Of a DNA stretch of 64,000 bases, positions 34,489-47,200 are shown one piece after another. The stretch is from Utricularia gibba (Eukaryota; Plantae; Magnoliophyta), in assembly GCA_002189035.1 (NCBI GenBank), contig NEEC01000027.1:186001-250000 (forward strand), read 5' to 3'. The notes beneath the pieces were generated by a model. That model worked only from the letters and a program-made list of their open reading frames with translations. It was not told the DNA's origin and made no database searches. The position numbers and the translations under genes were made by a program. Every line of letters begins with the position of its first letter. The stretch's first letter is position 1.

Positions 34489-36074
34489 AGGGAGGATGAT
34501 TACAAGGATCAAGGGTGGTCCGGTCCGGTCCGTTCGACCCCCAAGGCAAGCAGGCATCCTACCCGAGTCGAGGACTGGTTGGTGACTCGTCTCCATTTTT
34601 TCCCTCGTCCTATCCTCTAACAGCAAGACATGAAAAGTCGCTGGTGGTGTGGCTTGCTTTCTCCACAACTCCGCCAACAACTGTATAGCAAGTAATCTAA
34701 CAGCTACATGCGCAAGCAATTCCGTCCCTCCATTATTACGAAGATCAGCAGTGTACCTAATCCCCCTGGCTCTTTGAGATTTTGTAATGCCTCCCTTTCC
34801 ACCCTTGTATTGTATACATAGATCCTTCCCCCACCCCCTGTGTTTCTATACGGTTTCCTGTTGTATTCTTTTTTGAGTTGTGAATGCGGCCGCCAACCCG
34901 GTTTCTATGAACTTTGGAATGGAGGGCGGCGCTGGTTATATGCAGGCCACCAAATCATGCGCCAACAAGGGACAGATTGAACGTGAGGGGTAAGTAGTGT
35001 GTTTTCCCCTTCATTTATTTAGGGTGACGGATCAGGTCACCGGAAAAAGTGATAGATCCGCAAATACGATCTTCCGCGTGGGGACAGGAATTCAGTTTCC
35101 GGTGGTGTTATCTGAGTCGGAGTTCCAGCACGCAGCAGGAACACGACTGGATTGCATTAAAAAATAACGACGGTGTTGTGTTCGTACATCTAAGACTAGA
35201 GACTAGAGTGTATCTATTGAGGGAGTCTCGTCTTTATGGGCTTCAGCTTCAGGCCCATGCTTTTTGGGGCTCCTTGGGCTATTGAGGAAACACTCCAACG
35301 GCATCAGCATTGCATCCGGGTGCTCCTCCGTGACCACTACCAGCGACCCACAATCTTGGACCTGAGGAAACCATCCCATACGATGTGGGAGTCAATGCAA
35401 CTTCACAAGGAGCCAGCCGGAGATGCATTCATTGCAGAAGCCCACTCATAACCCCAGGGAGTCAGTTGCTGATTATCTGCCTGCTTGTATATCAAGACCC
35501 GAGACCGAAATTCAATTCCGACACACACAGAAATGGGCGGAGATGTCCAAGAATAGCCCTGCCCAACAGATACTGCAGTTGATACCTATCCCTCGAAACA
35601 TCTGCCCTTCTCGGTGTCATCCGTAGAGGGCAGTTCAGTTCCGGTCACATAAGCCATTTATTTCCACGAGTTGCGAATGTTGGGTTGAAAAGCAACAAGA
35701 ACACATAAATTAAGAAATCACAGTCTCGATAATTTGATTTTTTTAAAAATATTTCTGATAACTCAGTTGATCAGCTATCTTTAAAATTCAAGTAATTGGA
35801 TGTTTAGGTATTTCCCAACTTTAGAAAACTTGATCATAACAATATAATACTCAGTCAAGTCTTAGATTCATTAATTTACTCCTTCAATAATTAAATTATT
35901 AAAATTAAATATTAGAACAATTGCGTCGTGAATGACGACGGCTCCGGATCCACGCGGTTTTAAGTTTTCTCTTACCACCACATGTTTGCCGCCCGATCTC
36001 TTCTTCAAATATCCGTTCATGCTTGCTCTGTGATCTGCAGCTCCAACAATTCTGGCTTCTTTTTTCGTTTGAAG

Positions 36075-37973
36075 ATGTGGCCTGCAGCTGCTCTTGTGTT
36101 ACTCTCTCTCTTGCTCCCTCAACTCGCGTTGTCCCAAGGCTTCCAAGGGGCTGATATTTTGCTCAGAGGCGCAGCCAGCGTTCCTAATGCCAGCAGCGCT
36201 CTGCAACTCTGCGACGCAGCAGGGGGGCGAGGACTGAGCAGGGCATTTTATGGCCGTCCAATACGATTCAAAAGCCCATTCAGTTCTATGGTTTATAGCT
36301 TCTCCACAACTTTTGAGTTCTCAATGCGCACCGGGTACATGCTCTTCGTAGTGGTGCGGACGCCTGACGTCGACCCACTTGGTAGCATCTTCAGAATCGA
36401 TATCGACTCCTCAAATAACTACGTTGGTCTTCAAATCAATGATTCAGTTAATGAGATCCCTAGAATTCCTTTTTACAGAGGAGAAAATGGGTCCTTTGTT
36501 GATCTGATAATCGGGAGTGGTAATCGAACTCAATTGCGCCTCGAGTATAATTCGACGTCTCAGGAAACCCGAGTGTTTTTGACCACCCCTTCTGATCAAA
36601 ACTTGGTATCTCGGGTACAACCCCTTCACTTACTAAGACACGATCTTTCTGACGTCGTCAGTGATTTTATGCATGTGGGCTTCGCTACAGATTGTGTGCA
36701 AGACCAGAAACTCTTGAATGCTTGGAATTTCGCAATCAACGATGATGGATTTGAGTTCAAACCCGTTGGACCTCTGACACTGGGGCCCCAGTGGAAGACA
36801 GATCTAGCGTCCCTGGCACCTATTATCGCTTATATTATCCTTTTTTCTGCCTTATTGGCCACCTATATAGCAGTTTGCGTTTGCTGCATTAGAAGGAGGA
36901 GGAGGAAGTTCTCCGAGCTGATCGAGGATTGGGAAGGAGAACTGAACTACATTTCTCACAGGTTCAGGTACAAGGATCTGTATGTGGCTACCAAAGGTTT
37001 CAAAGATACTGAGGTATTGGGGAAGGGGGGATTTGGAAAAGTTTACAGAGGCGTGATTCCTCGTCACAACGTTGAAATAGCCATGAAGAGAATCTCTCAC
37101 GACTCATCGCAAGGGATGAAGGAGTTCGTTGCGGAAATCGTAAGCTTAGGGCGTCTTCGCCACCGGAATGTGGTCCCTCTCCTCGGATATTGCCGGAGAA
37201 AAGGAGAGCTTTTACTAGTGTACGAGTACATGCCAAACGGGAGTCTTGATAAATTTCTTCATGGACACCAGTCAGCCTCCACCCTCCGGTGGCACGAACG
37301 ATTCAACATCGTCAAAGGCGTGGCATGTGGGCTTCTCTATCTGCACGAAGAATGGGAGCAAGTTGTGATTCACAGAGATATCAAACCAGGGAATGTTCTG
37401 TTGGATGCTGAACTGAATGCAAGGCTGGGGGACTTCGGGCTTGCAAAACTGCACGCCCATGGCGCGAACCCAGCCACCACTAACATCGTGGGTACCATGG
37501 GGTACATAGCGCCAGAGCATATGAGAACCGGCAAGGCAACAAAGAGCAGCGACGTGTTCAGCTTTGGGATCCTTTTACTGGAAATCGTATCAGGTAGACG
37601 GCCCATTGACAGAGATGCTCCGGAGGAGAAGGTGGTTTTGTTGGATTGGGTCCATTCTCTGTGGGATGAAAAGCAGATTCTTGATGCTGTTGACCCAAAC
37701 TTGAATGCTGCTTACACTAAAGGGGAAGCAGAGTTGCTACTGAAAATAGGGTTATTCTGCTGTCATCCACGACCTGATTTCCGGCCAAGTGCACGGGATA
37801 TCATGGGATACCTGGAAGGTTTGAGGTTTCCGGAAGATGACTGTACGAATGCATTGCGCCATTGGCTGCCCGAAGGAAACGAAGGCTTTCAATCAGCCAT
37901 GTTGCCATCGACAGGCACTGGTCCTAGTGTTGCCTTGTCCATATCACATTCGCTTATGCACATTGGACGCTGA
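36075..37973 (+). CDS. L-type lectin receptor kinase with a shortened, divergent lectin domain; single exon
   Basis: Signal peptide from ATG 36075; lectin remnants RAFY, SFSTTF, NNYVG, MHVGF, AWNF; TM helix; then WE...HRFRYKDL and an intact RD kinase (GKGGFG, HRDIK, DFG, GTMGYIAPE). An upstream in-frame ATG exists at 35982. Confidence 0.92.
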   Translation: MWPAAALVLLSLLLPQLALSQGFQGADILLRGAASVPNASSALQLCDAAGGRGLSRAFYGRPIRFKSPFSSMVYSFSTTFEFSMRTGYMLFVVVRTPDVDPLGSIFRIDIDSSNNYVGLQINDSVNEIPRIPFYRGENGSFVDLIIGSGNRTQLRLEYNSTSQETRVFLTTPSDQNLVSRVQPLHLLRHDLSDVVSDFMHVGFATDCVQDQKLLNAWNFAINDDGFEFKPVGPLTLGPQWKTDLASLAPIIAYIILFSALLATYIAVCVCCIRRRRRKFSELIEDWEGELNYISHRFRYKDLYVATKGFKDTEVLGKGGFGKVYRGVIPRHNVEIAMKRISHDSSQGMKEFVAEIVSLGRLRHRNVVPLLGYCRRKGELLLVYEYMPNGSLDKFLHGHQSASTLRWHERFNIVKGVACGLLYLHEEWEQVVIHRDIKPGNVLLDAELNARLGDFGLAKLHAHGANPATTNIVGTMGYIAPEHMRTGKATKSSDVFSFGILLLEIVSGRRPIDRDAPEEKVVLLDWVHSLWDEKQILDAVDPNLNAAYTKGEAELLLKIGLFCCHPRPDFRPSARDIMGYLEGLRFPEDDCTNALRHWLPEGNEGFQSAMLPSTGTGPSVALSISHSLMHIGR

Positions 37974-38286
37974 CATGGCTAAGTTGCTTCAGCCTGCAGT
38001 GGTTGGGTTCATCCAAGAGACTGTGAGATCTACACGATTTAGTGAAGTTAAGAAAACACAAGGAATACATATAATCACCAAGCTTATCATGATGGGTTTC
38101 TGAAGTTCCAGTTATTACACATGATTCAGCAACTTTTTAAGGGATACCCTTATTCCAGTCTGGAAAAGAAAAGCAACACACAAACTTGGATGTATCTGAG
38201 CCTCGAGGCAGTAATCGAAGCAGAAGGTCATTGCACGTTCCGTTCTAAAAAAAAACATTCGGGCAAACCAATAGTACAGGTTTTAG

Positions 38287-39543
<1,257 letters not shown>

Positions 39544-41054
39544 TTTTTCAATTTTACCTCTCGAACTTTCCGAGGCGCAGAGAACAACAGACAAAAAAAG
39601 ACAGAAACGGAAGTCGTGATGACGTGGCCTCGCTTGGTCCATTGCACCCACTTGCGTGTCATTTTCGTAGAGTGTCCGTCCGCGTGGCGGACTCGCGCGT
39701 CTCCTTCCACGATGGCTTCCCTTGAAAAATTTCAATTTTGTAGTTAAAAAAAATGTATATTTATAAAGGTCCCGTTTTTTTCCATCCATCCATCCATTCA
39801 ACCCTTGGGCCGATCATAAAAAACAAACACATTAGTAAAAGTGACATAATTAACCATTCAACCGACCGCTAACCCCCCCTGGGCATGTTGCATTCCGAGA
39901 CACGGAGGGCGGTTCATTGCTAGGTTGCATCAACATGAGTGAGATTTGGAATGCCTGTGTGAGATTCATTGATTTAAGTAAACTGATTTTTAGGATGCAT
40001 TACTTTAAAATATATACACTTTACATAAATTAATATAATTATTAAGGAATATTGAGACAAGATACCATTCAATCTCAAAATCTAAGTTAGTAAATGAAAA
40101 ACATACTAGAAAGAAGCTGATTGTGTTTGTTGATTATATATATACGCACACGTAAGTTATACGCACGGGGCGCGTGATTCCCCACGAATCCGAGCGAATC
40201 ATGCAACCTAGGTTCATTGTTTGTGAATATTTTAAGAGGAGGAGGGCAGCCCAACCCAGCCCGGTTGCAGCCTGCCTGCTGCTTTTATTGGTGTTATTAA
40301 ATGGGGATGGCATTAACTGAGCAGTTCCTCCCTCCACAAAGCTAAGCTTTTACTTGGGGGATCGCTCTTCTTTTCCTGCTTGCCCAAAACCCCTCCCTCC
40401 CTCCCTCCAGTGTCCGCCCGTCCGTCCGTGTCCCCGCCCATAAATAAATGCTTATCTTTAGCATCTCGTTTCTTAAATAATTAACCCCAAACACCAAACC
40501 CAAATCATTTTTTTCATACCTAAAATATCCAATTCTTTGGATGCTGGTGATTCATTGCTAGGCCATCCGATGGTCCACGTGAAACGTGGTATTCCTATTA
40601 ATCAGCATAGATGGTGGTGTGTTTAAACCACAAAGTCATGCAAGTGGTGACGTGGGAGGTTGGCTAGAGAGAGCTTACAGAGATAGATAGATAGGTGATT
40701 TTGGTGTCGGGATCTGGACTGCATTCATTTCAAATGTGATTTGGATTCTAACTCCATATCAGACATCCAACCCCAAATTTTACTATATATAATTCATCTT
40801 ATCCTTAAAAAATGCGCTCAATTTGAGTGTTTAATTAATCATGTCTAATTATAAGTAGGATTCATGCCAAGGCAGGTGAACCGAACCAGAATTAGAAAAA
40901 AAAAAAAAGGGAATAAAGTTGGAAGAAAATTGCCGCGCCACGTTGCCACCTTCTCAGCTCGCCTTTTCTCTCTCTATAATCCATCACTTTTTCTCTCTCT
41001 CAACCCATTCTCTTTCTCAAAACCCCCAACCTCATCCCCCCCTATATCTATAGC

Positions 41055-41074
41055 CTCTCTCTCTCTCTCTCTCT
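41055..41074. repeat. (CT)10 microsatellite / GAGA-type element upstream of the large Gly-rich gene
   Basis: Read directly from the sequence. Confidence 0.85.
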
Positions 41075-41257
41075 CGTGCGGGGCGGGCGAGGTTATCCGG
41101 CGTAAAGGTGGGACGATTCGCCGGACTTTTAACGGCGCTCTGCGTTCAATGCCAGTGGAAGTCACCGCCCTTTCTTGATCGGGAAATTTATCCATCCCTT
41201 GTCGATCGGCTTCTGCTTCGTCCACATCTGCGGTACTGATGTCATGACTATTATCGG

Positions 41258-44200
41258 ATGGCGAATCGCGTGTTCTTGCATAGGTTATCGCTTTCGGAGC
41301 CAATGATAGGCGTGTTGGTGCTATTATTGCTCTCAATTTTGGGGAATCGGCCGTCTATTGTCGTCGCTGCGTTGGAAGGGGATGCTCACTTGTTTTTCGA
41401 CCCCGATGGGTTTCTTTTCCGCCAGGATTACTCACCACCTGCTCCGCCACCGCCGCCACCACATCCTCCATCGGTCACTTGCGAGTCAGATCTCGGCGGT
41501 GTTGGTTCCTTAGACACAACCTGTCAGATAGTCTCCGACTTGAACCTATCTAACCATGTGTACGTGGAGGGCAAGGGTAATCTGGTAATTGCTCCTAACG
41601 TTACCGTCAATTGCTCGTCGTTTTCTGGATGCGAGTTTTCTGTAAATGTAACTGGTAACTTTACGCTGGGCGAGAGTTCGTTTATACTCTGTGGAACCTT
41701 TGAGTTGGTTTGTGATAATGCCGTTTTTGGGAATGGCTCTGCCGTCAACACTACTGGTTTGGCCGGCTCACCTCCACCCCAGACTAGTGGGACACCGCAA
41801 GGCGTGGATGGAGCTGGTGGAGGTCATGGGGGCAGGGGTGCCGCATGCTTGAGAGATACGAGTAAGCTTCCTGAAGACGTGTGGGGAGGTGATGCATATG
41901 CGTGGTCCAGTTTGGGGAAGCCCTGGAGTTATGGTAGTAAAGGGGGGACAACGAGCAAGGAAGTGGATTATGGAGGTGGTGGCGGAGGCAGGGTACTATG
42001 TGTTGTTAAGAATATCTTGGAGTTGAATGGCACTATCTCAGCTGATGGAGATGATGGGGGAGCCAAAGGTGGAGGTGGTTCCGGTGGTAGTATCTACCTC
42101 AAGGCTCACAAGATGTAATTTCTTTGTCTGTTATTCATTTCATTGAGTTGGCAAGTTTTTTTATTCTATTGCTAACTTGAATTGGACTTTGATGTCCTTA
42201 TATTCCCCTAGGAATTCTGAACTTAGCATTTGTATCAATCTAATATCCTCGTGATATCTCACGCTACCACGACTGAGGTGTTTTCTGCAATTTTGAATGT
42301 TGATCTATGTCGTATGTTTACAGAATTGAACTGAACTTATTTTTCCCGACCCTTCTACAGTTTATTTGACATCTCAATTAACGATAGCTGCATGTCATTT
42401 TTATATTTCAGCTTTCTTGTATCTCAAGCTGCAGAATTTGATGATGAGTTAAATATGAAGAGCAACTTAGTTGATTTGTTTTACCTTTTTTTTAATCATT
42501 GTTTTGTGCGCCTATTTTGATTATTTTCCTATCATGCAACAAACTTCAACACTTTTTCGAAATTGCAGGACTGGCTTTGGAAGAGTAAGTGCGTGTGGGG
42601 GTAGTGGTTTTGGTGGAGGTGGTGGCGGAAGAGTATCTGCTGATATCTTTAGTAGGCATGACGAACCAACCATTTCTGTTCATGGTATCCTCCGTCTCCG
42701 TTTAATTTGTGACAAAAAGTTATTATGCTCTTCTTCTTATGTTCTTTTTAAATTCTTTTAGACGCTCCATGGTTTAAATTCTTTTTATGTTCTTTTTGTG
42801 ACACCTTGTTTGGTTAAAGTAGTTTTTCCCTTTGTCATCTGGGCCTATCTTGTACCCCTCATCATTGTATGCATACTGTTCCAACATTCTGAGATGCCAG
42901 TGATTTTACTGTTTGCTGAATTTCAAGGTGGAAGCAGCTTTGGTTGCCCTGAAAATGCGGGTGCAGCTGGAACATTTTATGACACTGTTCCACGCACCCT
43001 TACTGTCAGTAATCATTATAAACCTACTTACACGGATACACTCCTCATGGACTTCCCTAATCCATTATTGACGAATGTTTACATCCGGAATCAGGCACGG
43101 GCTGCTGTCCCATTGCTTTGGAGCCGTGTCCAAGTTAGTTTCTTGTTCACTAGATCATTAGTTATTGTAGTAGAGTGGTTTTTTTCTTCTCATGATTGTG
43201 AGTTTAACATATCCATGCTTATAATTCAAGGTTCAAGGACAGATAAGTCTATTGGATGGAGCAGTTCTTAGCTTCGGGCTTGCCCATTACTCAATGTCGG
43301 AATTTGAACTGCTTGCAGAAGAGCTTTTGATGAGCGATTCTACGATTAGAGTAAGCAACAGTTTTTTTTTTACTTTACACCATCATTGGGAGTGGTTATT
43401 ATTTTAAGCTCCAGCATCGTTTTCTACTACCATCATTAGTTCAAGTTATGTTTTTATAGTGAAGTTGCATTTTTTAATTCACTTCCTTCTCCAGGTTTTT
43501 GGTGCTCTTCGCATGTCTGTCAAAATGTTTCTAATGTGGAACTCGAAAATGCTGATAGATGGTGGTGGGGATGAAAATGTCGAAACTTCATCTCTTGAGG
43601 CTAGCAATCTGATTGTACTTCGGGTAAGTAAGTAGTTTATGAACCTGCACCGTTTTCTTGAGCTAATAGATTTTCTGGCTGTCTTGTTGTCCACAGAAAG
43701 CATCTCTTATCCACTCAAATGCAAATCTGGGGGTGCATGGACAGGGTTTATTAAATTTAACTGGGCCTGGAGATTGCATAGAAGCCCAAAGACTAGTTTT
43801 GTCATTGTTTTACAGCATCAATGTAAGCCACCTTTGTTGATTTGTGTGTTTGAATCTTTGTGGCATGCTTCCATTTTACTTTCTCTTTGTTCTGCCACCT
43901 CCTTTAAGTTTACCATGTGTAGCTCATTTCTAATTTGATTCTTCATCTGACTTGTACTGGCTGCCCTTACCAACTGACTCATTATTTTTTCTTTTAGCTA
44001 GTTTCATTTTTAAGTAAACTGTATTTGATAACCGTCTGTTTGATTTTGATTTCACATTGTTTGTCATGCTTGATGAAGATTGGACCTGGATCTGCACTGC
44101 GCGGACCTTTAAAAGGCTCTTTAGAAGATGTCGTGTGAGTTCAAACTCCTGTCTAAATTTCCTAACCCTCTTTATTTTTCTGATATTTATGTGGGTTTCT

Positions 44201-47200
44201 TGTCAGGACTCCTAAACTTAATTGCGATTCGGAGGATTGTCCTGTGGAATTACTTCACCCACCCGAGGATTGCAATGTGAATTCGTCTCTGTCTTTTACA
44301 ATGCAGGTGCTTTTTGCTATTATAACATTTAGCTGCATATGATTTGCTGCCTTTTATGCTCTCTACATGGCAAGCTCTTGTTTTTTTTTTAAAGCCTTCA
44401 CTTTAAAGAGTTCTTCTATTTTTCTTGCATTTGAAAAATAATTCTATACATCGATTATGACATAGGTCTGTCGGGTTGAGGATATCCGGATTGAGGGTTC
44501 TGTTGAAGGTTCTGTTATTCATTTTCATAGAGCCAGGACTATCATGGTCCAATCTTCTGGGATTATAAGCACATCTGGAATGGGTAAATTTCCTTTATTC
44601 AACTAAATGTAGATTTACTTTCCAGTTGATGAAACCAAGACGTTCAGTGGAAAGAAATTTGTAGTTCTTGGTCTTGTTACTTGCACTCTGAATTGTAAGC
44701 AATTTGCGGAGATAGAATTTGGGGCAAGCAGTATGAACTTTCTGTAACAGCCTCGTTTGGTATGATGCTCATTCAAGGGTCCTTCGATGTAGGCAGAGTC
44801 ATCACTTTTATTCTTCACTTGTGTTCCTTCTATGACATTAAGTTGATATTTTATCGTCCATGCCCTTACATGCATGTATAGGGTGAAGGGGTAATACATG
44901 GGGAAGCTTTAGTAGGGTCACCTGAGTTCACATTATTTCATGTTTGCGCCACTCTGCTTTTATGCCCTCCCCCTTCCCCCTCCCTCCCTTCTCTTTGTAT
45001 TATCATGACAACGATGATGATAAGTTTTCTCTACCTTCCTTCCGCTGAATTTATGGATTAGTGTTTTGTCTGATTCATGTTTTGTTTTCCATAAAATATG
45101 ACCTTATTTTCAACGAGTTTTGACTCACTGCATTGTATGCTTCGATTTAGGATGCCATGGTGGGCTGGGCCAAGGAATGGTATTAGACAATGGTGTAGGT
45201 AGTGGTGGTGGGTATGGTGGAAAAGGTGGAATGGGATGCTACGGTGGTCACTGCGTTGAGGGTGGCATGCCATATGGAGATGCTGATTTACCATGTGAGT
45301 TGGGCAGTGGGAGTGGAAATGATAGCTTGGCTACATCGACAGCTGGTGGTGGTATTCTGGGTGGGCTCACAATTTTTGGCTCTTGTTTTACTTTATTTAC
45401 TCTTATGTTGACAAGTTTGTGCCTATACTCTTCAACCTCCTCCAAGGCTTAAACTATCAATATTTTTTGTGTTGTTGAATTATCAATCATCAAGTTGTAA
45501 ATATGTTACTTTGGATACATCCTCCATGCATAGAGCATGCTAACGTTCTCTCATTTCCCTGTCAATGCAGTCATGGGTTCCTTCGAGCATCCCTTGCAGA
45601 GCCTATATGTTCAAGGCTCAGTTAAAGCAAATGGAGACAGTGCTCTTGGTAGCTCACAGGAGGATCTTTCAACCAATGGATTAAGTATGGGACTCGGAGG
45701 TGGATCTGGTGGTACCATTTTGTTGTTCTTGCGTTCTTTTGATCTGGTTGAGTCTGGAATGTTGTCTGTGGCTGGAGGTCACGGTAGCCTGGGTGGGGGT
45801 GGAGGTGGTGGTGGTGGAAGAATTCATTTCCATTGGTCGGATATCCCTGTTGGTGATGTATACTGGCCACTGGCAGTAGTGAATGGAACTATTCATGCAG
45901 GGTAAGCCAGCACACCGACATAAGTTTGATGACTCCCATGCATATTAATTTTTTTATGGGTGTTCCAATTTTTCTACCCTTTCCTTTTGATTCAGCCTTG
46001 ATTATATCCTGATTGTTTTTGGTAATCTGTCATGTGCACTTGGTGGTACTAATAGGGCTGTGCACTCTGGACTAAATTGATGTGTTATCTCATATGGATG
46101 GCCGGCGACTTTGTTGACAATTCAATGTGACGAAATTTCATGGATATGCTTTTATCTCCTGTTGTTTTGAAATGGATGCGTTTACAGAGCTTTTCATTTT
46201 CACTTGGTTGTCACCAGCTCCACATGTTCGCACCTGATGGTGCTGTGTAGAAATTATTGGTAGATTAGGTTACCCATCTTGGTTACTATATCCTAGAAGT
46301 CTGGTTTAATTACATACGGTTAAGGTGAATCCTTAGAATAATTTTGAAATTGCCTAGTGGCCAGTTTTTCAATTAATAATTTTCGTAACAGTGGCGGACT
46401 TGGTGGAAACCACAGCCAAATGGGGGAAGATGGAACAATCAGCGGAAAAGCTTGCCCCAAGGGGCTTTACGGAATATTTTGTGAGGTAATTCGCCTTATT
46501 CTCTCTTGTATGCCCCTCTTTCACCTTGTCCCTGTATTTTGGCCACGATATGTTAATTGACTATAGATTAGCCTTCTCCTATGCTCTAATGCATAGTGAG
46601 TGAGACATTATTAGACATGGAGTAGAACTAGTGTGACTTGAAAATCCGTTTAAAAGATACATGACTGGATCTTCAATCTTCATCGGCTAGCTTGATGTCT
46701 TAAACTTGCAGGAATGCCCAGTTGGCACTTATAAGAATGTGACAGGCTCTGATCGATCACTTTGCTTTTCATGCCCAAATGATGAGCTTCCTACTCGTGC
46801 AGTCTATGTTCATCTTCGAGGTACTCTATACTCATGTCATCTTTGTGTTTTCACAGTTGTTCTTTCTTGCACTGCCAGTAAGTGCTATCTTGTTACCACG
46901 TGACATTAGTTTAATCGATAACAGGTGGTATTACTGAAACGCCATGTCCTTATCAATGTATTTCTGAGAGATATCACATGCCACACTGCTATACTGCGCT
47001 TGAAGAATTGATATACACCTTTGGAGGACCCTGGTTTTTTGGCCTTCTTCTTTTGGGTCTTCTGATTGTATTAGCTATTGTATTAAGTGTTGCACGTATG
47101 AAATTCATTGGCGTTGAAGAGTTGCCAGGGCCTGCTTTCACTCAACAGAGTTCTCAGATAGACCATTCATTTCCTTTCCTGCAATCCCTTAATGAGGTTC

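Noticed and set aside
34919-35167. Possible spliced 71-aa ORF (MEGGAGYM...LDCIKK)
   Set aside because: It needs a 33-nt intron, too short for plant splicing, and has no recognisable similarity.
35381-35390. snRNA USE-like TCCCACATCG as evidence of an snRNA gene
   Set aside because: No TATA box at Pol II or Pol III spacing and no snRNA sequence downstream.
42685-42693. GTATCCTC donor here (and GTATCCTA in MLK near 56390) as further U12 introns
   Set aside because: No CCTTAAC-like branch site near either acceptor.
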